From IMG/VR virus record IMGVR_UViG_3300043427_001796: a stretch of DNA of 64,000 nucleotides; one strand, 5' to 3'. This document shows, one piece after another, positions 8,673 through 19,500 of the stretch (the stretch's first letter is position 1; every line of letters begins with the position of its first letter). The stretch is from a virus. The position numbers and the translations under genes were made by a program. The notes below the pieces were generated by a model. The model made no database searches. It saw only the letters and a program-made list of their open reading frames with translations, and had not been told where the DNA came from.

Positions 8673-8944
8673 TGGCAACCTATCCCGTAATCAATAATAA
8701 GACTGGCGAACAAAAGGAAGTGACCATGAGTGTTACTGAATGGGACCAGTGGAAGATAGATAATCCTGAGTGGCAGAGAGACTGGAGTGATCCATCTACT
8801 TGTCCTGCTGCTGGTGAGGTGGGGGATTGGAGAGATAAGATGACAAAATCTCATCCAGGCTGGTCAGATATTATGAAAAACAAAATCAATCCAAAAGCGA
8901 AAGCAATTGGAAACACATCCATTACTTCAAAATACAATTACTAA
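8672..8944 (+). CDS. conserved hypothetical protein
   Basis: MATYPVIN..TGE, between thyX and phoH. Confidence 0.7.
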   Translation: MATYPVINNKTGEQKEVTMSVTEWDQWKIDNPEWQRDWSDPSTCPAAGEVGDWRDKMTKSHPGWSDIMKNKINPKAKAIGNTSITSKYNY

Positions 8945-8945
8945 T

Positions 8946-9707
8946 ATGCCAAGAGCCAGAAAGTCGCGCAGCGCACAACAACCAGTAGCAAATGGTTACA
9001 ATCGTAAGCAGATGAAGAGACGCAAGCCAATCTCTGCTGAGTATATTGAAACGATTGAACCTTTAACTCCAAGACAGGAGCAATTCTTTGAAGAGTATGG
9101 CAAAGGTCAGAATATCTATGCCTATGGTTGTGCCGGAACAGGTAAGACATTTCTGGCACTTTACTTAGCACTCAGAGAGATTCTGGATGAGTATAGTAAC
9201 TACGAGAAACTATACATCGTTCGCTCTCTTGTTGCTACCAGAGAGATTGGATTCCTACCAGGCACACACGAAGATAAGGCAGACATCTATCAGATTCCTT
9301 ACAAGAATATGGTAAGGAACATGTTTGATTTCTCTACTGATTCTGACTACGATAGTCTCTACGATAATCTTAAAGCACAAGAGACAATTAGTTTCTGGAG
9401 CACATCCTTCCTTCGCGGCACCACTCTAGATAATGCTATCATTATCGTAGATGAATGTCAGAACTTAAACTTCCACGAACTTGATTCAATCATCACCCGT
9501 GTTGGTCAAGACTCTAAGATTATTTTCTGCGGTGATGCTCGTCAGAGTGATCTGATCAAATCAAATGAACGCACAGGTATCGTAGACTTCCAGCGCATTC
9601 TGGATAATATGGATGAGTTCTCGTTGATTGAGTTTGGTGTGGAAGATATTGTCCGCTCCGGTCTCGTCAAGTCTTATCTCTTAAGTAAAATTTCCCTTGG
9701 TATGTAA
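8946..9707 (+). CDS. phoH: PhoH family ATPase
   Basis: GCAGTGKT, IGFLPG, LRGTT, DECQN, GDARQSD. Confidence 0.96.
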   Translation: MPRARKSRSAQQPVANGYNRKQMKRRKPISAEYIETIEPLTPRQEQFFEEYGKGQNIYAYGCAGTGKTFLALYLALREILDEYSNYEKLYIVRSLVATREIGFLPGTHEDKADIYQIPYKNMVRNMFDFSTDSDYDSLYDNLKAQETISFWSTSFLRGTTLDNAIIIVDECQNLNFHELDSIITRVGQDSKIIFCGDARQSDLIKSNERTGIVDFQRILDNMDEFSLIEFGVEDIVRSGLVKSYLLSKISLGM

Positions 9708-9712
9708 TTAGT

Positions 9713-10390
9713 ATGTTTAATCATGTAGTATTGCCGGATGTATTTGAAGTTGAATCTGTCACAGCAGATGGGTCTAGACATTACCCATGTCCCAAAGGTA
9801 ACTATCCGTCAGTTACTACAGTGATTAGTAACAATCCCACAAAGATTGCTGGCATTCAACGCTGGCGTAAACGAGTGGGTGAAGAGAAAGCAAATCGTAT
9901 TTCAAAGAGAGCAACGACAAGGGGGAATGACTTTCACCTGATGGCAGAGATGTATCTAAAAAATACATTGAACGAGCAGGACTTTACACATTCCCCATTG
10001 TCTGCTATGATGTTTGAGTCTGCGAAGGAAACTCTAAACAATATAAATAATATATACTTACAAGAGGCAGTTCTCTATTCTGACATACTACAAATCGCAG
10101 GTCGCGTTGATTGTATTGCTGAATATAATGGAGAACTGGCAATCATAGATTTCAAAACTTCTGGTTCACCTAAAAAAGAATCGTATCTCTATGACTATTA
10201 CGTTCAGGAACAAGCATACGCATGTATGTTCTATGAAATGTATGGTCTTGCTGTTAAGAAACTCGTAACCATTGTTGCTTGTGAAGATGGAGAAACACAA
10301 GTCAAAGTAAATCGTCCTCTTAAAGAATATTATTTAAAGTTACAAGAATACATCGCAGAATATCACAAAAATGCCAGAAGAAAATCTTGA
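9713..10390 (+). CDS. Cas4-like PD-(D/E)xK exonuclease
   Basis: YPSVTT, AGRVDCIAEY..IIDFKTS, QxxAY. Confidence 0.88.
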   Translation: MFNHVVLPDVFEVESVTADGSRHYPCPKGNYPSVTTVISNNPTKIAGIQRWRKRVGEEKANRISKRATTRGNDFHLMAEMYLKNTLNEQDFTHSPLSAMMFESAKETLNNINNIYLQEAVLYSDILQIAGRVDCIAEYNGELAIIDFKTSGSPKKESYLYDYYVQEQAYACMFYEMYGLAVKKLVTIVACEDGETQVKVNRPLKEYYLKLQEYIAEYHKNARRKS

Positions 10391-10622
10391 GGATAAATTT
10401 ATGAGTGCTGCGAAGTTTTCGCAGGATGTTGAACACCTCGTCTTACATAATCATGAAATGAATTATATTGATGCTGTTGTTCACTACTGCGAGTTAAATG
10501 AAATTGAATTGGAAAGTGTGTCCAAACTTATTTCTAAACCATTGAAAGAAAAACTAAAGATGGACGCACAAAAACTAAACTACATAAAGAAGACAAGTAG
10601 ATCAAAACTAATGCTAGTATGA
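10371..10622 (+). CDS. gp33: late transcription coactivator gp33
   Basis: YIDAVVHYCE...KLISKPLKEKLKMDA; synteny. Confidence 0.88.
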   Translation: MPEENLEDKFMSAAKFSQDVEHLVLHNHEMNYIDAVVHYCELNEIELESVSKLISKPLKEKLKMDAQKLNYIKKTSRSKLMLV

Positions 10623-10969
10623 GTGATTTTTTTACATCGGAAATGGTTCGCGGTGATCTACAAGAGATCACTGATCTCCAAATGTATTGTGTGCGGGCAT
10701 CTTCTATGCTGCCCGCACTTTCTCCAGAAAAACTACTAGAATATTATGATGTTCTAATGACATTGATTGACAAACAAAAAACATTTTATGCTAGACTTTC
10801 ATTAAGTGAAGATCCTGAAGCAAAAGAGATGGCAGATCTAATGAGAGACATGACGATTATGTTAGGAGCAAATCCAAACGAATCCATGTATGCTATGTTT
10901 GATGAACTCATTTCTCGCGTTCAGGAGATGAAGCAGCAGTTGCTTGACAAACTGGCACAGGATCCTTGA
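10619..10969 (+). CDS. DUF1825-like conserved protein
   Basis: FFTSEMV...KQKTFYARLSLSEDPEA. Confidence 0.65.
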   Translation: MSDFFTSEMVRGDLQEITDLQMYCVRASSMLPALSPEKLLEYYDVLMTLIDKQKTFYARLSLSEDPEAKEMADLMRDMTIMLGANPNESMYAMFDELISRVQEMKQQLLDKLAQDP

Positions 10970-11058
10970 CCCACCCCTGTGCCTGTGTTATGATGAATAA
11001 GTGAACGGGTCACACCAAACAAAATCCAAGTAACATCAAAGTAAATCCGAGGTATCAT

Positions 11059-11946
11059 ATGTCTTTTGCTGATCTTAAGCGCAGTTCTTCTAGCGACTTC
11101 TCTTTCCTTCAGAAGGAACTGGAGAAAGCATCTACCGATTCTAAAGGTGATGAGCGCATCTGGAAGCCTGCTCTTAACGAAACTGGTAACGGGTATGCCG
11201 TTATTCGTTTCCTCCCCCGTCCCGCTAACGAACCTAAGCCACTCGTTAAACTTTACTCTCACGCATTCCAAGGTCCAGAGAACGACTGGTTCATTGAGAA
11301 TTGTTTGACCACGAATGGTGAGAAGTGTCCCATCTGTAACTCCAACAGCGTTCTTTGGAAGAATGGTGATGAAGATACTGCCCGTGAACGCAAGCGTAAG
11401 CTGTCCTACTACTCCAACATCTATGTTGTGAAGGACACTGCTAACCCTGATAATGAAGGTAAAGTATTCCTCTACCGCTATGGCAAGATGATCTTTGATA
11501 AGATTGCTGCTGCCATGAAGCCTGAGTTTGATGATGAGAAACCCGTCAATGTGTTTGATCTTTGGGAAGGTGCTAACTTCAAACTGAAGATCAAGATCAA
11601 AGGTGGTTACTGGAACTACGAAGCATCCGAGTTTGATTCTCCTGCTGCTCTCAGCAACGATGATGATGAACTGGAAGCAGTCTACAACCAGTGCTATTCT
11701 CTTCAGGAACTTGTTTCTCCTGACCAATTCAAGTCCTTCAGTGATCTTGAGAAGCGTATGGATGAAGTTCTGAATCCTTCTAAGCGTCGTGCCTCTGCTG
11801 CTCAAGCAGAAGAGGAAGCAGATCCTATCTCGTCTGACGATGATGATCTGTTTGCTGAACCTGTAGCAGCACGTCCTGCTCGCTCGTCTAACATTCCGTC
11901 AGAGGATAAGGGAGCAGACTACTTTGCTTCCCTGCTTGAGGATTGA
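11059..11946 (+). CDS. gp32: single-stranded DNA-binding protein gp32
   Basis: MSFADLK, GNGYAVIRFLP, GANFKLKI, acidic tail. Confidence 0.96.
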   Translation: MSFADLKRSSSSDFSFLQKELEKASTDSKGDERIWKPALNETGNGYAVIRFLPRPANEPKPLVKLYSHAFQGPENDWFIENCLTTNGEKCPICNSNSVLWKNGDEDTARERKRKLSYYSNIYVVKDTANPDNEGKVFLYRYGKMIFDKIAAAMKPEFDDEKPVNVFDLWEGANFKLKIKIKGGYWNYEASEFDSPAALSNDDDELEAVYNQCYSLQELVSPDQFKSFSDLEKRMDEVLNPSKRRASAAQAEEEADPISSDDDDLFAEPVAARPARSSNIPSEDKGADYFASLLED

Positions 11947-11975
11947 GAATCCAAAATTGAATAACTGATTACATC

Positions 11976-12006
11976 AATCCCGGAAAAATTTTTCCGGGAT
12001 TTTTTT
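11976..12006. terminator. 26-bp perfect palindrome; probable terminator between convergent gp32 and gp53
   Basis: AATCCCGGAAAAATTTTTCCGGGATT plus T-run. Confidence 0.7.
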
Positions 12007-12021
12007 GTGTCAAAAGTCGCG

Positions 12022-12687
12022 TCAGATGGATGTGCGCTTTAACTTACTTGAGATAAAGTCAGAAGATACTTCATACTTATTGTTCTTTTTAAAATCGTTA
12101 ACAAAGGTATTCAGATATCTTTTTTTCAGAATATAAATTTCTCTCTTAGATTCATTCAATCGATATTCGTTTTCATAAACACTAATTGGTCTAGAAACTT
12201 CACTACCTGGGATAGTTACTTGATCCTCTCCATTGTAATACGTGAAAGGATTATCATGAAATTCTTGAGTCACTGATAGACCACCTTTCAATGCGATAAC
12301 ATCAATTCCATCAACTTTATATCCTGCTTTTAATTCTTCAGTCTCATAGTGATGAATTGTAGTGAATGGATTGATGACAAGTGAATCCATTTTTCTATCA
12401 AATGATTCTTTATCTAGAGGCCAATCGTAAGTAGCATTGATCATGTTATTTGTCAACACAATAATCCAATCATAAAAAGGATTATCATAGTATCTTTCGG
12501 CAATAGTATCTAATCTATCGCTATCTTTTATTGTGTATTTTTTAAAAAATACAGCATAGGAAAATACTTTTTCGTTTAAAGTGTATCGCTTAAAGAAATT
12601 TTTTGCAGTAACATAATCTGTTTCCGAGAATGGAAATCCGATTGGTTTTACTGAATATTTTATGTCTGGAATTAAATCGAAATACAT
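12022..12687 (-). CDS. gp53: baseplate wedge protein gp53
   Basis: MYFDLIP, DRLDTIAERYY...WIIVLTN, IHHYET. Confidence 0.88.
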   Translation of the reverse strand: MYFDLIPDIKYSVKPIGFPFSETDYVTAKNFFKRYTLNEKVFSYAVFFKKYTIKDSDRLDTIAERYYDNPFYDWIIVLTNNMINATYDWPLDKESFDRKMDSLVINPFTTIHHYETEELKAGYKVDGIDVIALKGGLSVTQEFHDNPFTYYNGEDQVTIPGSEVSRPISVYENEYRLNESKREIYILKKRYLNTFVNDFKKNNKYEVSSDFISSKLKRTSI

Positions 12688-13775
12688 TAGTATGTTGCCC
12701 CTCCCCAATAAATTTCTTCTCTATACACTAGTTTGGTTTCTGCAAAATTGATTTGCATATTTATTGCAACTGGTGCAAAATTTTCATATACTGCATATGA
12801 ACCATCAGGAGTATAGTTTACTGATAATCCAGTGATTGCACATGGTTTAAATTGTGTAAGATAGGGGTTTTCACTGGATCCTGCCATAAATTTTACATCA
12901 ACTAATGCCGGAACTTTTATAAAGGATGGCGCATTTTGTCCACCCAAAACACCTGTATCTGATTCAAAAGATGGCAACATTGCTTTCTTGAAGGTCGTTA
13001 TAATATTTCTTATTTCATCTGTTTCTGTTTGACTTCTTGCTACCATTTTAAAATTTAAACTAAATGTTCTCAAATCAAATCCATTGAATAGTAGCTCAGT
13101 ATTTGGATTTAAAACAACATTTCTAGTTGCTCCAAGAACATCATTAAGTCCTAGACCTTCTCCTTGACCTGTATTTTGTAGTGCTTCAAGTGCAGTTTTT
13201 GTCAATTCTACTAGTGCAGTATCTAGAACGGCACCACCACCAGATTTTAATTTTTCCATAAAACCCTGCCAATCATTGCCTCCAGCGGACCCTACAGCTC
13301 CTAAAATTCCAGCGGTAAAATTTTGAATTGATTTTCCTCCCCATTGTGCCCCATAATCAGCAGAAATATCTTCTGGCATGTAAAGAACTATATTTTGAAG
13401 AGTTCCATTAGTTCCATCTTTAACAGATACTCTTCTGTTGTTATAAAGGGAGGAATTGTATGCACTTAATGATCCTGTTTTTGTTCCTGCTGAAGCTTCA
13501 CTAGTATATGGACCGACATAATCAAAAAATGAAAATTTTACATAATTTGTTGTTCCTTCTGATGATTTTAATTCGGATGGATAATACAAGGTTGATGATG
13601 GACCATCTTTAGAAGAATTTCCGAAACTAAATGATGTTACATTAGTTCCTTCCGCTGCTTGATTAGCCGCGGTCAACGCTTTATTTTTTGCCTCAAGATC
13701 TGCATTTTTTTGTGCTTCTGCATTAGCAGCTCCGGATGTTTCCTGTCCTGTTGTCTCTTGTCCAGGGTTTCCCAT
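12687..13775 (-). CDS. gp48: baseplate tail-tube cap gp48
   Basis: LYMP, NPNTELLF..R.F...FKM, VNYTPDG, F.E. Confidence 0.85.
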   Translation of the reverse strand: MGNPGQETTGQETSGAANAEAQKNADLEAKNKALTAANQAAEGTNVTSFSFGNSSKDGPSSTLYYPSELKSSEGTTNYVKFSFFDYVGPYTSEASAGTKTGSLSAYNSSLYNNRRVSVKDGTNGTLQNIVLYMPEDISADYGAQWGGKSIQNFTAGILGAVGSAGGNDWQGFMEKLKSGGGAVLDTALVELTKTALEALQNTGQGEGLGLNDVLGATRNVVLNPNTELLFNGFDLRTFSLNFKMVARSQTETDEIRNIITTFKKAMLPSFESDTGVLGGQNAPSFIKVPALVDVKFMAGSSENPYLTQFKPCAITGLSVNYTPDGSYAVYENFAPVAINMQINFAETKLVYREEIYWGGATY

Positions 13776-14458
13776 TACTTCACCATCTCCTTACTTCCTT
13801 TGCTTCCATATCCCATCACCATTCGATGTCCCTTAATTTTGTCATAGAATTTTTCGTTTGTTTCCTTCCAAACATCTTCTTTTTTGTATGGAAATTTATG
13901 TCCGCTCACATCTTTGACAAAATTTTCAACTGGTAACAAAATAGCTGTATCCCATTCATCTTTGTGGAGATCAAGCATGTAACCTTGAACATGATTCAGA
14001 ATGTATTTATGGAAGCAATTTTTGGGTATGTCAATTTTATCTGACATTATATCCTGTATAACTTTGACTCTTTTCTTTGGTGCCATGTAGTGAAGATTTG
14101 CCCCAACAAATTCATTTTCATCAATAATTTTCATTACATAAACAAGGGGAAATGTGTCATAGTATGGCAACCATTTCATCTTTGCTTTATATTCAAAAAA
14201 GTAAAGATGTCCTTCAACTGGATATCTTCTCAATATGTTTCCATCCGCAAATTGAGATGCTCTATCTTGATTCTCTTGTCTTAGTAATTTTGCCGGATCT
14301 TTTTTATATTCTGAGGAAAGAGATGCTACTTTGCTGCGATACCAATCGTAACTTTTTCTTTCTCCTCCTGTTGCTTCACTTACCTTCTCAAATATAGTTT
14401 TGTATCCTGTCTTCTTTTTTGGATTATTTCTTTGTATTTCTGAGAAACCTGTGGCCAT
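13775..14458 (-). CDS. gp2: DNA end protector gp2
   Basis: YKAK..LPYYDTFPLV, GANLHY. Confidence 0.88.
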   Translation of the reverse strand: MATGFSEIQRNNPKKKTGYKTIFEKVSEATGGERKSYDWYRSKVASLSSEYKKDPAKLLRQENQDRASQFADGNILRRYPVEGHLYFFEYKAKMKWLPYYDTFPLVYVMKIIDENEFVGANLHYMAPKKRVKVIQDIMSDKIDIPKNCFHKYILNHVQGYMLDLHKDEWDTAILLPVENFVKDVSGHKFPYKKEDVWKETNEKFYDKIKGHRMVMGYGSKGSKEMVK

Positions 14459-14462
14459 TGTC

Positions 14463-14900
14463 CTATACCTTTAAGTGATCTTCGGTGAGTATCTTAAATT
14501 TCATCTGCCGATCCTCACAGAAGTCCTCAGCCGCATCCCATTTAGCGCGGTTCTTGATGTAAGTTAGAACTTCTCGTTTCCAAGTGGCAGTCTTACGTTT
14601 TGGTTTGTCATTCGGTTTGATTGTCTGTCGTTTTGGTTTAATTTCAATGATGTATTTCTCATACTTACCTTCCTTTGTTTTTACTTTGATGTAAAAATCA
14701 GGATAGTAACGATGAACTCTACCATCTATAGGAGACCTGTAAGGAATGATTACTTCCTCACTACCCCACTCTATAATTGATGTTGTATGATCACAGAAGA
14801 TCATAAATTTCTTCTCCCACATGGACCTATAAATGATCCGGGTGGGGTTTCCACGATACTTCTGTGGGTTCACTGGTTTATACAACCCAGAGTATGCCAT
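14463..14900 (-). CDS. gp4: head completion nuclease gp4
   Basis: KYRGNP..IIYRSMWE, WGSEE, RYYPDF, IEIKP. Confidence 0.92.
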   Translation of the reverse strand: MAYSGLYKPVNPQKYRGNPTRIIYRSMWEKKFMIFCDHTTSIIEWGSEEVIIPYRSPIDGRVHRYYPDFYIKVKTKEGKYEKYIIEIKPKRQTIKPNDKPKRKTATWKREVLTYIKNRAKWDAAEDFCEDRQMKFKILTEDHLKV

Positions 14901-14903
14901 AAA

Positions 14904-14934
14904 TATAAATATACACTTCACCAATCCTATTTAT
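14904..14934. promoter_or_regulatory. face-to-face late promoters for gp54 (+) and gp4 (-)
   Basis: TATAAATA at 14904 (+) and ATAAATA at 14934-14928 (-). Confidence 0.6.
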
Positions 14935-14935
14935 T

Positions 14936-15574
14936 GTGGGAAAATCCATATCGGAAGTAATCACTAAGATACAAAAGGGTATGTCGATGACTACCATGTA
15001 TGAAGTGACTTTTGAATTTCCGACGCAAGCATCAGAATTGAAAGGACAATTGCAGGCAGCAGTTGGAGATAGAACTTCTGGTTCTTTAACTGGTGATGGT
15101 TTAATTACTTTGATGTGCAATGAGGCACAATTACCAAATATTTCTTCACTTACTGGACAGACAAATGGAATTGTTATGGGAGAAGGTCAAGTAAATTATG
15201 CTTACGGAAGATTATATTCTGATATTGCTTTAGGTTGGCAATGTGATCATAATATGACACCACTCAGGTTTCTACAGACATGGCATGATTATACATTTAG
15301 TGACTCTAGAGTTGGTGGTGGATCTTTAGTGGAGACTAGATCAACTCCATCTAAAGTTAGATATCCAGAAAAATATCAAGGAACAATTATAATAACTAAA
15401 CTATCTCAAGGAAAGGGAACAAAAGATTTGAAACCAATGAAATACACTTTAATTGATGCATTTCCTTTTAGTATTGATGCCACTCCTTTGTCTTACGGGT
15501 CATCACAGATAGTAAATGTCTCCGCATCTTTTTACTACTCTAGATATTTTGTTGAGAACACTGATATTATTTGA
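14936..15574 (+). CDS. tail tube initiator, gp54/gp19-like
   Basis: CNEAQLP, YTLIDAFP..I....LSY; synteny. Confidence 0.7.
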   Translation: MGKSISEVITKIQKGMSMTTMYEVTFEFPTQASELKGQLQAAVGDRTSGSLTGDGLITLMCNEAQLPNISSLTGQTNGIVMGEGQVNYAYGRLYSDIALGWQCDHNMTPLRFLQTWHDYTFSDSRVGGGSLVETRSTPSKVRYPEKYQGTIIITKLSQGKGTKDLKPMKYTLIDAFPFSIDATPLSYGSSQIVNVSASFYYSRYFVENTDII

Positions 15575-15652
15575 AATTTCAAAATTGACTTTTAATTTAT
15601 AAAAAAGTCGAAAAATTTTTTTCGACAATTTTTTGCCCAAAAAGTTGAGATA

Positions 15653-15660
15653 TATAAATA
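15653..15660 (+). promoter_or_regulatory. T4-type late promoter
   Basis: TATAAATA upstream of gp26. Confidence 0.75.
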
Positions 15661-15678
15661 TAGGATTTTAATAATATT

Positions 15679-16392
15679 ATGTCATTACCTAGACCATCTA
15701 CGCCAACATACGAGTTGACTTTACCATCAACAGGAAAAGTTATCAAATTTAGACCATTTTTAGTCAAAGAAGAAAAAGTATTACTTCTTGCAGAGCAGTC
15801 TGAGGACGAAAAAGAGATTAAAAATGCTATCAGAGATGTCATCAAAAATTGTATGGTTTCTCGCGTTAAGATAGAAGATTTTACATATTTTGATTTGGAG
15901 TATGTGTTTTTACAATTAAGAGCTAGATCGGCAGAGGAACATCTGGATTTAGTAATTACATGTAAAGATGACAATAAAACGCAAGTAAATCATCGCATAA
16001 ATTTGCTTAATGTTGAAGTTAAGAAGAATTCCAAATCGAGCAATAAAATTATGCTGGAGGAAGATTTTGGTCTAATTTTGAAATATCCAGGAATGGATGA
16101 ATTTGTTAGATTTGCTATGATGGGAAATCAATTGCCAGATGAAGAAGTAATTGAATATGTTGCAACTAAAGTTGATCAAATTTTCCATGGTGAGGAAGTA
16201 TGGGATGCCGCAGATTTGAAAAAGCAAGAAATTATTGATTGGTTAGATAATTTAACTCAAAAGCAGTTTGTTAAAATTGGAGAATTTTTTGAAAATCTTC
16301 CAGTATTGAAGCATGAATTCAAACTCAAAAATCCAACAACTGGAGTAGAAAGTGAGTATGTATTGGAGGGATTACAGAATTTTTTCGCCTAG
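15679..16392 (+). CDS. gp26: baseplate hub assembly protein gp26
   Basis: LPSTGK.IKFRPFLVKEEK, FDLEYVFLQLRARS. Confidence 0.92.
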   Translation: MSLPRPSTPTYELTLPSTGKVIKFRPFLVKEEKVLLLAEQSEDEKEIKNAIRDVIKNCMVSRVKIEDFTYFDLEYVFLQLRARSAEEHLDLVITCKDDNKTQVNHRINLLNVEVKKNSKSSNKIMLEEDFGLILKYPGMDEFVRFAMMGNQLPDEEVIEYVATKVDQIFHGEEVWDAADLKKQEIIDWLDNLTQKQFVKIGEFFENLPVLKHEFKLKNPTTGVESEYVLEGLQNFFA

Positions 16393-16394
16393 TA

Positions 16395-16577
16395 ATGTCC
16401 TATAATAATCTGGAAAATTATTTTAGGACAAACTTCATGTTGATGGAGGAACATAAATACTCTTTGACAGAAATTGAAAATATGATGCCTTTTGAACGGC
16501 AAGTTTATGTCCTTCTTGTGAATGAATATATTAAGAAAAAAGAAGAAGAACTTAAGCAAAGGCAACAAGGTAAATGA
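16395..16577 (+). CDS. gp51: baseplate hub assembly catalyst gp51
   Basis: YFRTNFMLM..HKYSLTEIENMMPFER. Confidence 0.88.
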   Translation: MSYNNLENYFRTNFMLMEEHKYSLTEIENMMPFERQVYVLLVNEYIKKKEEELKQRQQGK

Positions 16578-19500
16578 TTCCGGAAAAGGCGATAAAAAAG
16601 TTTTCAAAACCTTCTCATAGAGAGATTGCTGTTGGAATTTTAGTATCGTATGGACTATTTCCACAAACTAATGATGGAATAGATCAAGCAAAAAAATTAA
16701 TTGCGGGAGCATCCAAATGGATATCTCCTTCCAATTTGCCTGAGTATTATGATGGAATTGATAGTGATCTCATTACAGGAAGAGAAACTCCAGGTATTCT
16801 GGCAATCAGAGAAACATTAAAGAATTTTTACTTTGGAACCCCAACAACTACAATTGATGAAACTCCAATAGAGGAAATTCCAGTTGAAGTAGAAATTATT
16901 GAAGTTGAAAAATTACCTGATCCTGTTCCTCAACCTGATCCAACGCCAGAACCAGTAAAGATTGAAATTGAGGTTCCTGTTGAGAAGCAGGCAAATGCTC
17001 CGCGAAGAATTAAACTTCCAAGAGCAAAAAATCGTTTTGTTCGCAAAAAAGTAAAACCACTTTCTCAAAGGATGGCAGAATCCTTTGATAAGAATTTACT
17101 AGATCCTCTTATAGAGGAAATCAAAAATCCAAAACCTCTTCCTACATCTAAGACTAAAAAAGGGGGAACAAAAAAGCAAGTATCTAAGAAAATTTTCCCA
17201 GGAAAACAATTTGCCGGAAAATTTTCTTCATCTTCTGGTAGCTTAGGTCCAAGAGTAATTTCCAAAATTGGAGCATCTTTTGGACTCGCTGCTGCGTCCA
17301 GAAAAGCATTCAAAGAGTCTGGTGGCGATCCTCGCTCTCTGAGACGCGGGTATTTCCTCTCCAAGGCACTTGGAGCAGAGTTCGGTGGGGATTTCCGTCG
17401 TAGGACCAGAGGCACCTTCTCAAGGGATCCAGACGCCACTCAGGATCCTGGCATGAGCAAGGAAGAAAGATTTGCTCAGGTGGTCAAACGTGATCTTGTC
17501 AATCGTCCTCAGATGATGAAGCAAGGTGAAATTCTTGATGTTGATTCATACACCAATAAAACTGCTTTACAATCAATCACAGATCTTGCCAAGAAGACAG
17601 CAGACAAGATTCTTGGTCTGGAACCAGGATTTGTTAGAATTGAAAAGAGTCAAAAAGAGACATCTAAGGCATTTGTTAAGATCACTCAGAGTTTGAGCGA
17701 GGTCAAAAATACATTTGTAAAGACAGCAGATAACTTTAAAGAATTTGTTGATAATAAAGAAGAAGTTATTAAGATCAAAACTAAAATACGAGAGGTTTTG
17801 AGGAAAGAGCAAGACGAAAATAAGAGATCTGCCACAGAAGCACAGGGAGAATTATTTCAGGATACTGCTGGCACTACTGATGTAGAAGAAACAGATCAAG
17901 GTCTTAATGAAGAAGAAGAACAACAGCAAGAAGATGGTGGCGGTGGATTTGATTTACCTGATTTCAGAAGACCTAGAATTAGAGGAAGACTTAGATTAGC
18001 AAGAAGAAGATTTAGTAGATTTGGACGTGGATTTGGTAGGAGATTAGGTGGTCTGGGAAGAGGATTGGGTAGAATTGGGAGTGGAATTGGTAGAGGATTA
18101 GGTGCTGCCGGTAAGTTTGTTGGTGGTCGTGTCTTAGGTCCAGTATTGGGAGATATGTTATTTCCTGAAGGTGCTGGAGTATCTGAGCCACAAATGGGAC
18201 CAGATGGTAAATTTAGAACTCCTGATGGCAAATTAGTTCCGGAACCAGGAGCATCTAAACCAAAATCAGTAGCAAGTAGAGTAGGAAATCTTGCTGAGTC
18301 TGGTAAAGGATTAATTGGTAAAGGAAAGGGAGCAATCGGTAAAGTTGCTGGCAAAGTTGGATCTAAACTAGGTGGTGGACTAGCAAAGTCTATTGGTAAG
18401 AAGATTCCTGGTGTTGGTTTAGTTATTGGTGGACTGGCAGCGGCAGATAGATTCAAATCTGGTGATATTCTAGGAGGAATTGGAGAGATTGGGTCTGGAA
18501 TTGCCTCTCTCGTTCCTGGTGTTGGAACAGCAATATCTCTCGGTATTGATGCTCTATTGATGGGTAAAGATGTTGCTGCTGAGGCATCCAAACCAGAAAC
18601 TAAATTGTCAGGTGGTGGTATTGTTGCTGGTGAGGCAGGAAATGAGGCAGTTATACCACTAACATCTTCTATTGGAAAGAAAGTTGTAGGAGGATTGGAA
18701 AATAGTGGTGGTGGATCTATCCTCAGTGCCATTGGTCCTTTATTATCTGCTACTGCCGGAATAGTTAGAAATCCTTTATACGGATCGATACTAGGACCAG
18801 TTGTAAATCCAATTATCCAACCGATGCTGGCACAATATAAAGTTCCAGTTTATTCTGGCGATTTTGGATCATTTAAAATATCTAAACTTCAAGCAGCAAC
18901 TACTCAAGCAAAAGGAAAGACAAAATCTATTGAACAAGCATCAAAAAATCCTCTCACTTCTGGTATGGGGTGGTTGGGAACTATGTTTAGTGGCATTGGC
19001 GGTATGGTTTCTGGAGCATTTGGCGGCATAAAGAATTTCTTTGGTGGATTATTTGGAGGTGGTCGCCAGAAACGTGGTAAAGGAAGTAATGTTAGTGGCA
19101 TTCCTTTAGGGGATGGTGAGACAGCTACTGGTTCAACAATTATGAATGGACTTGTAAAAAGAGGATTTACGAAAGAGGAAGCAGCAGCAATTGTAGGAAA
19201 TTTATGGGCAGAGTCTTCATTTAGAACCGGAGCTGTAAATCCAAAATCAGGAGCATTTGGTTTAATGCAATGGGCATATGGTAGGAAAGATACGCTCATG
19301 AGAAGGGCAGCAGAATCTGGCAAAAGCGCAACTGATTTGGAGTTCCAATTGGACCATATTGCTTGGGAACTTCGTGGTGGGGATAGATATGAAACTTCGC
19401 AATTCAAAAAAGCAATGGCATATGGATCTGATGTTCCCTCAAAAACTAGGGGATTTGCTAATGAAGTTGAAAGAGCAAGTGATAGTGAATTATCGTCTTC

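Noticed and set aside
8860-8946. Pho box upstream of phoH
   Set aside because: No convincing tandem PhoB-type repeat; phoH sits inside an operon.
9713-10390. Cas4-like gene as evidence of CRISPR-Cas
   Set aside because: Core T4-like cyanophage exonuclease in its usual phoH-gp33 context; no repeat-spacer array or other cas genes seen.
17990-18130. Gly/Arg-rich repeats as a DNA repeat element
   Set aside because: Low-complexity coding sequence within the hub protein; the same applies to 20780-20860 and 21540-21600.
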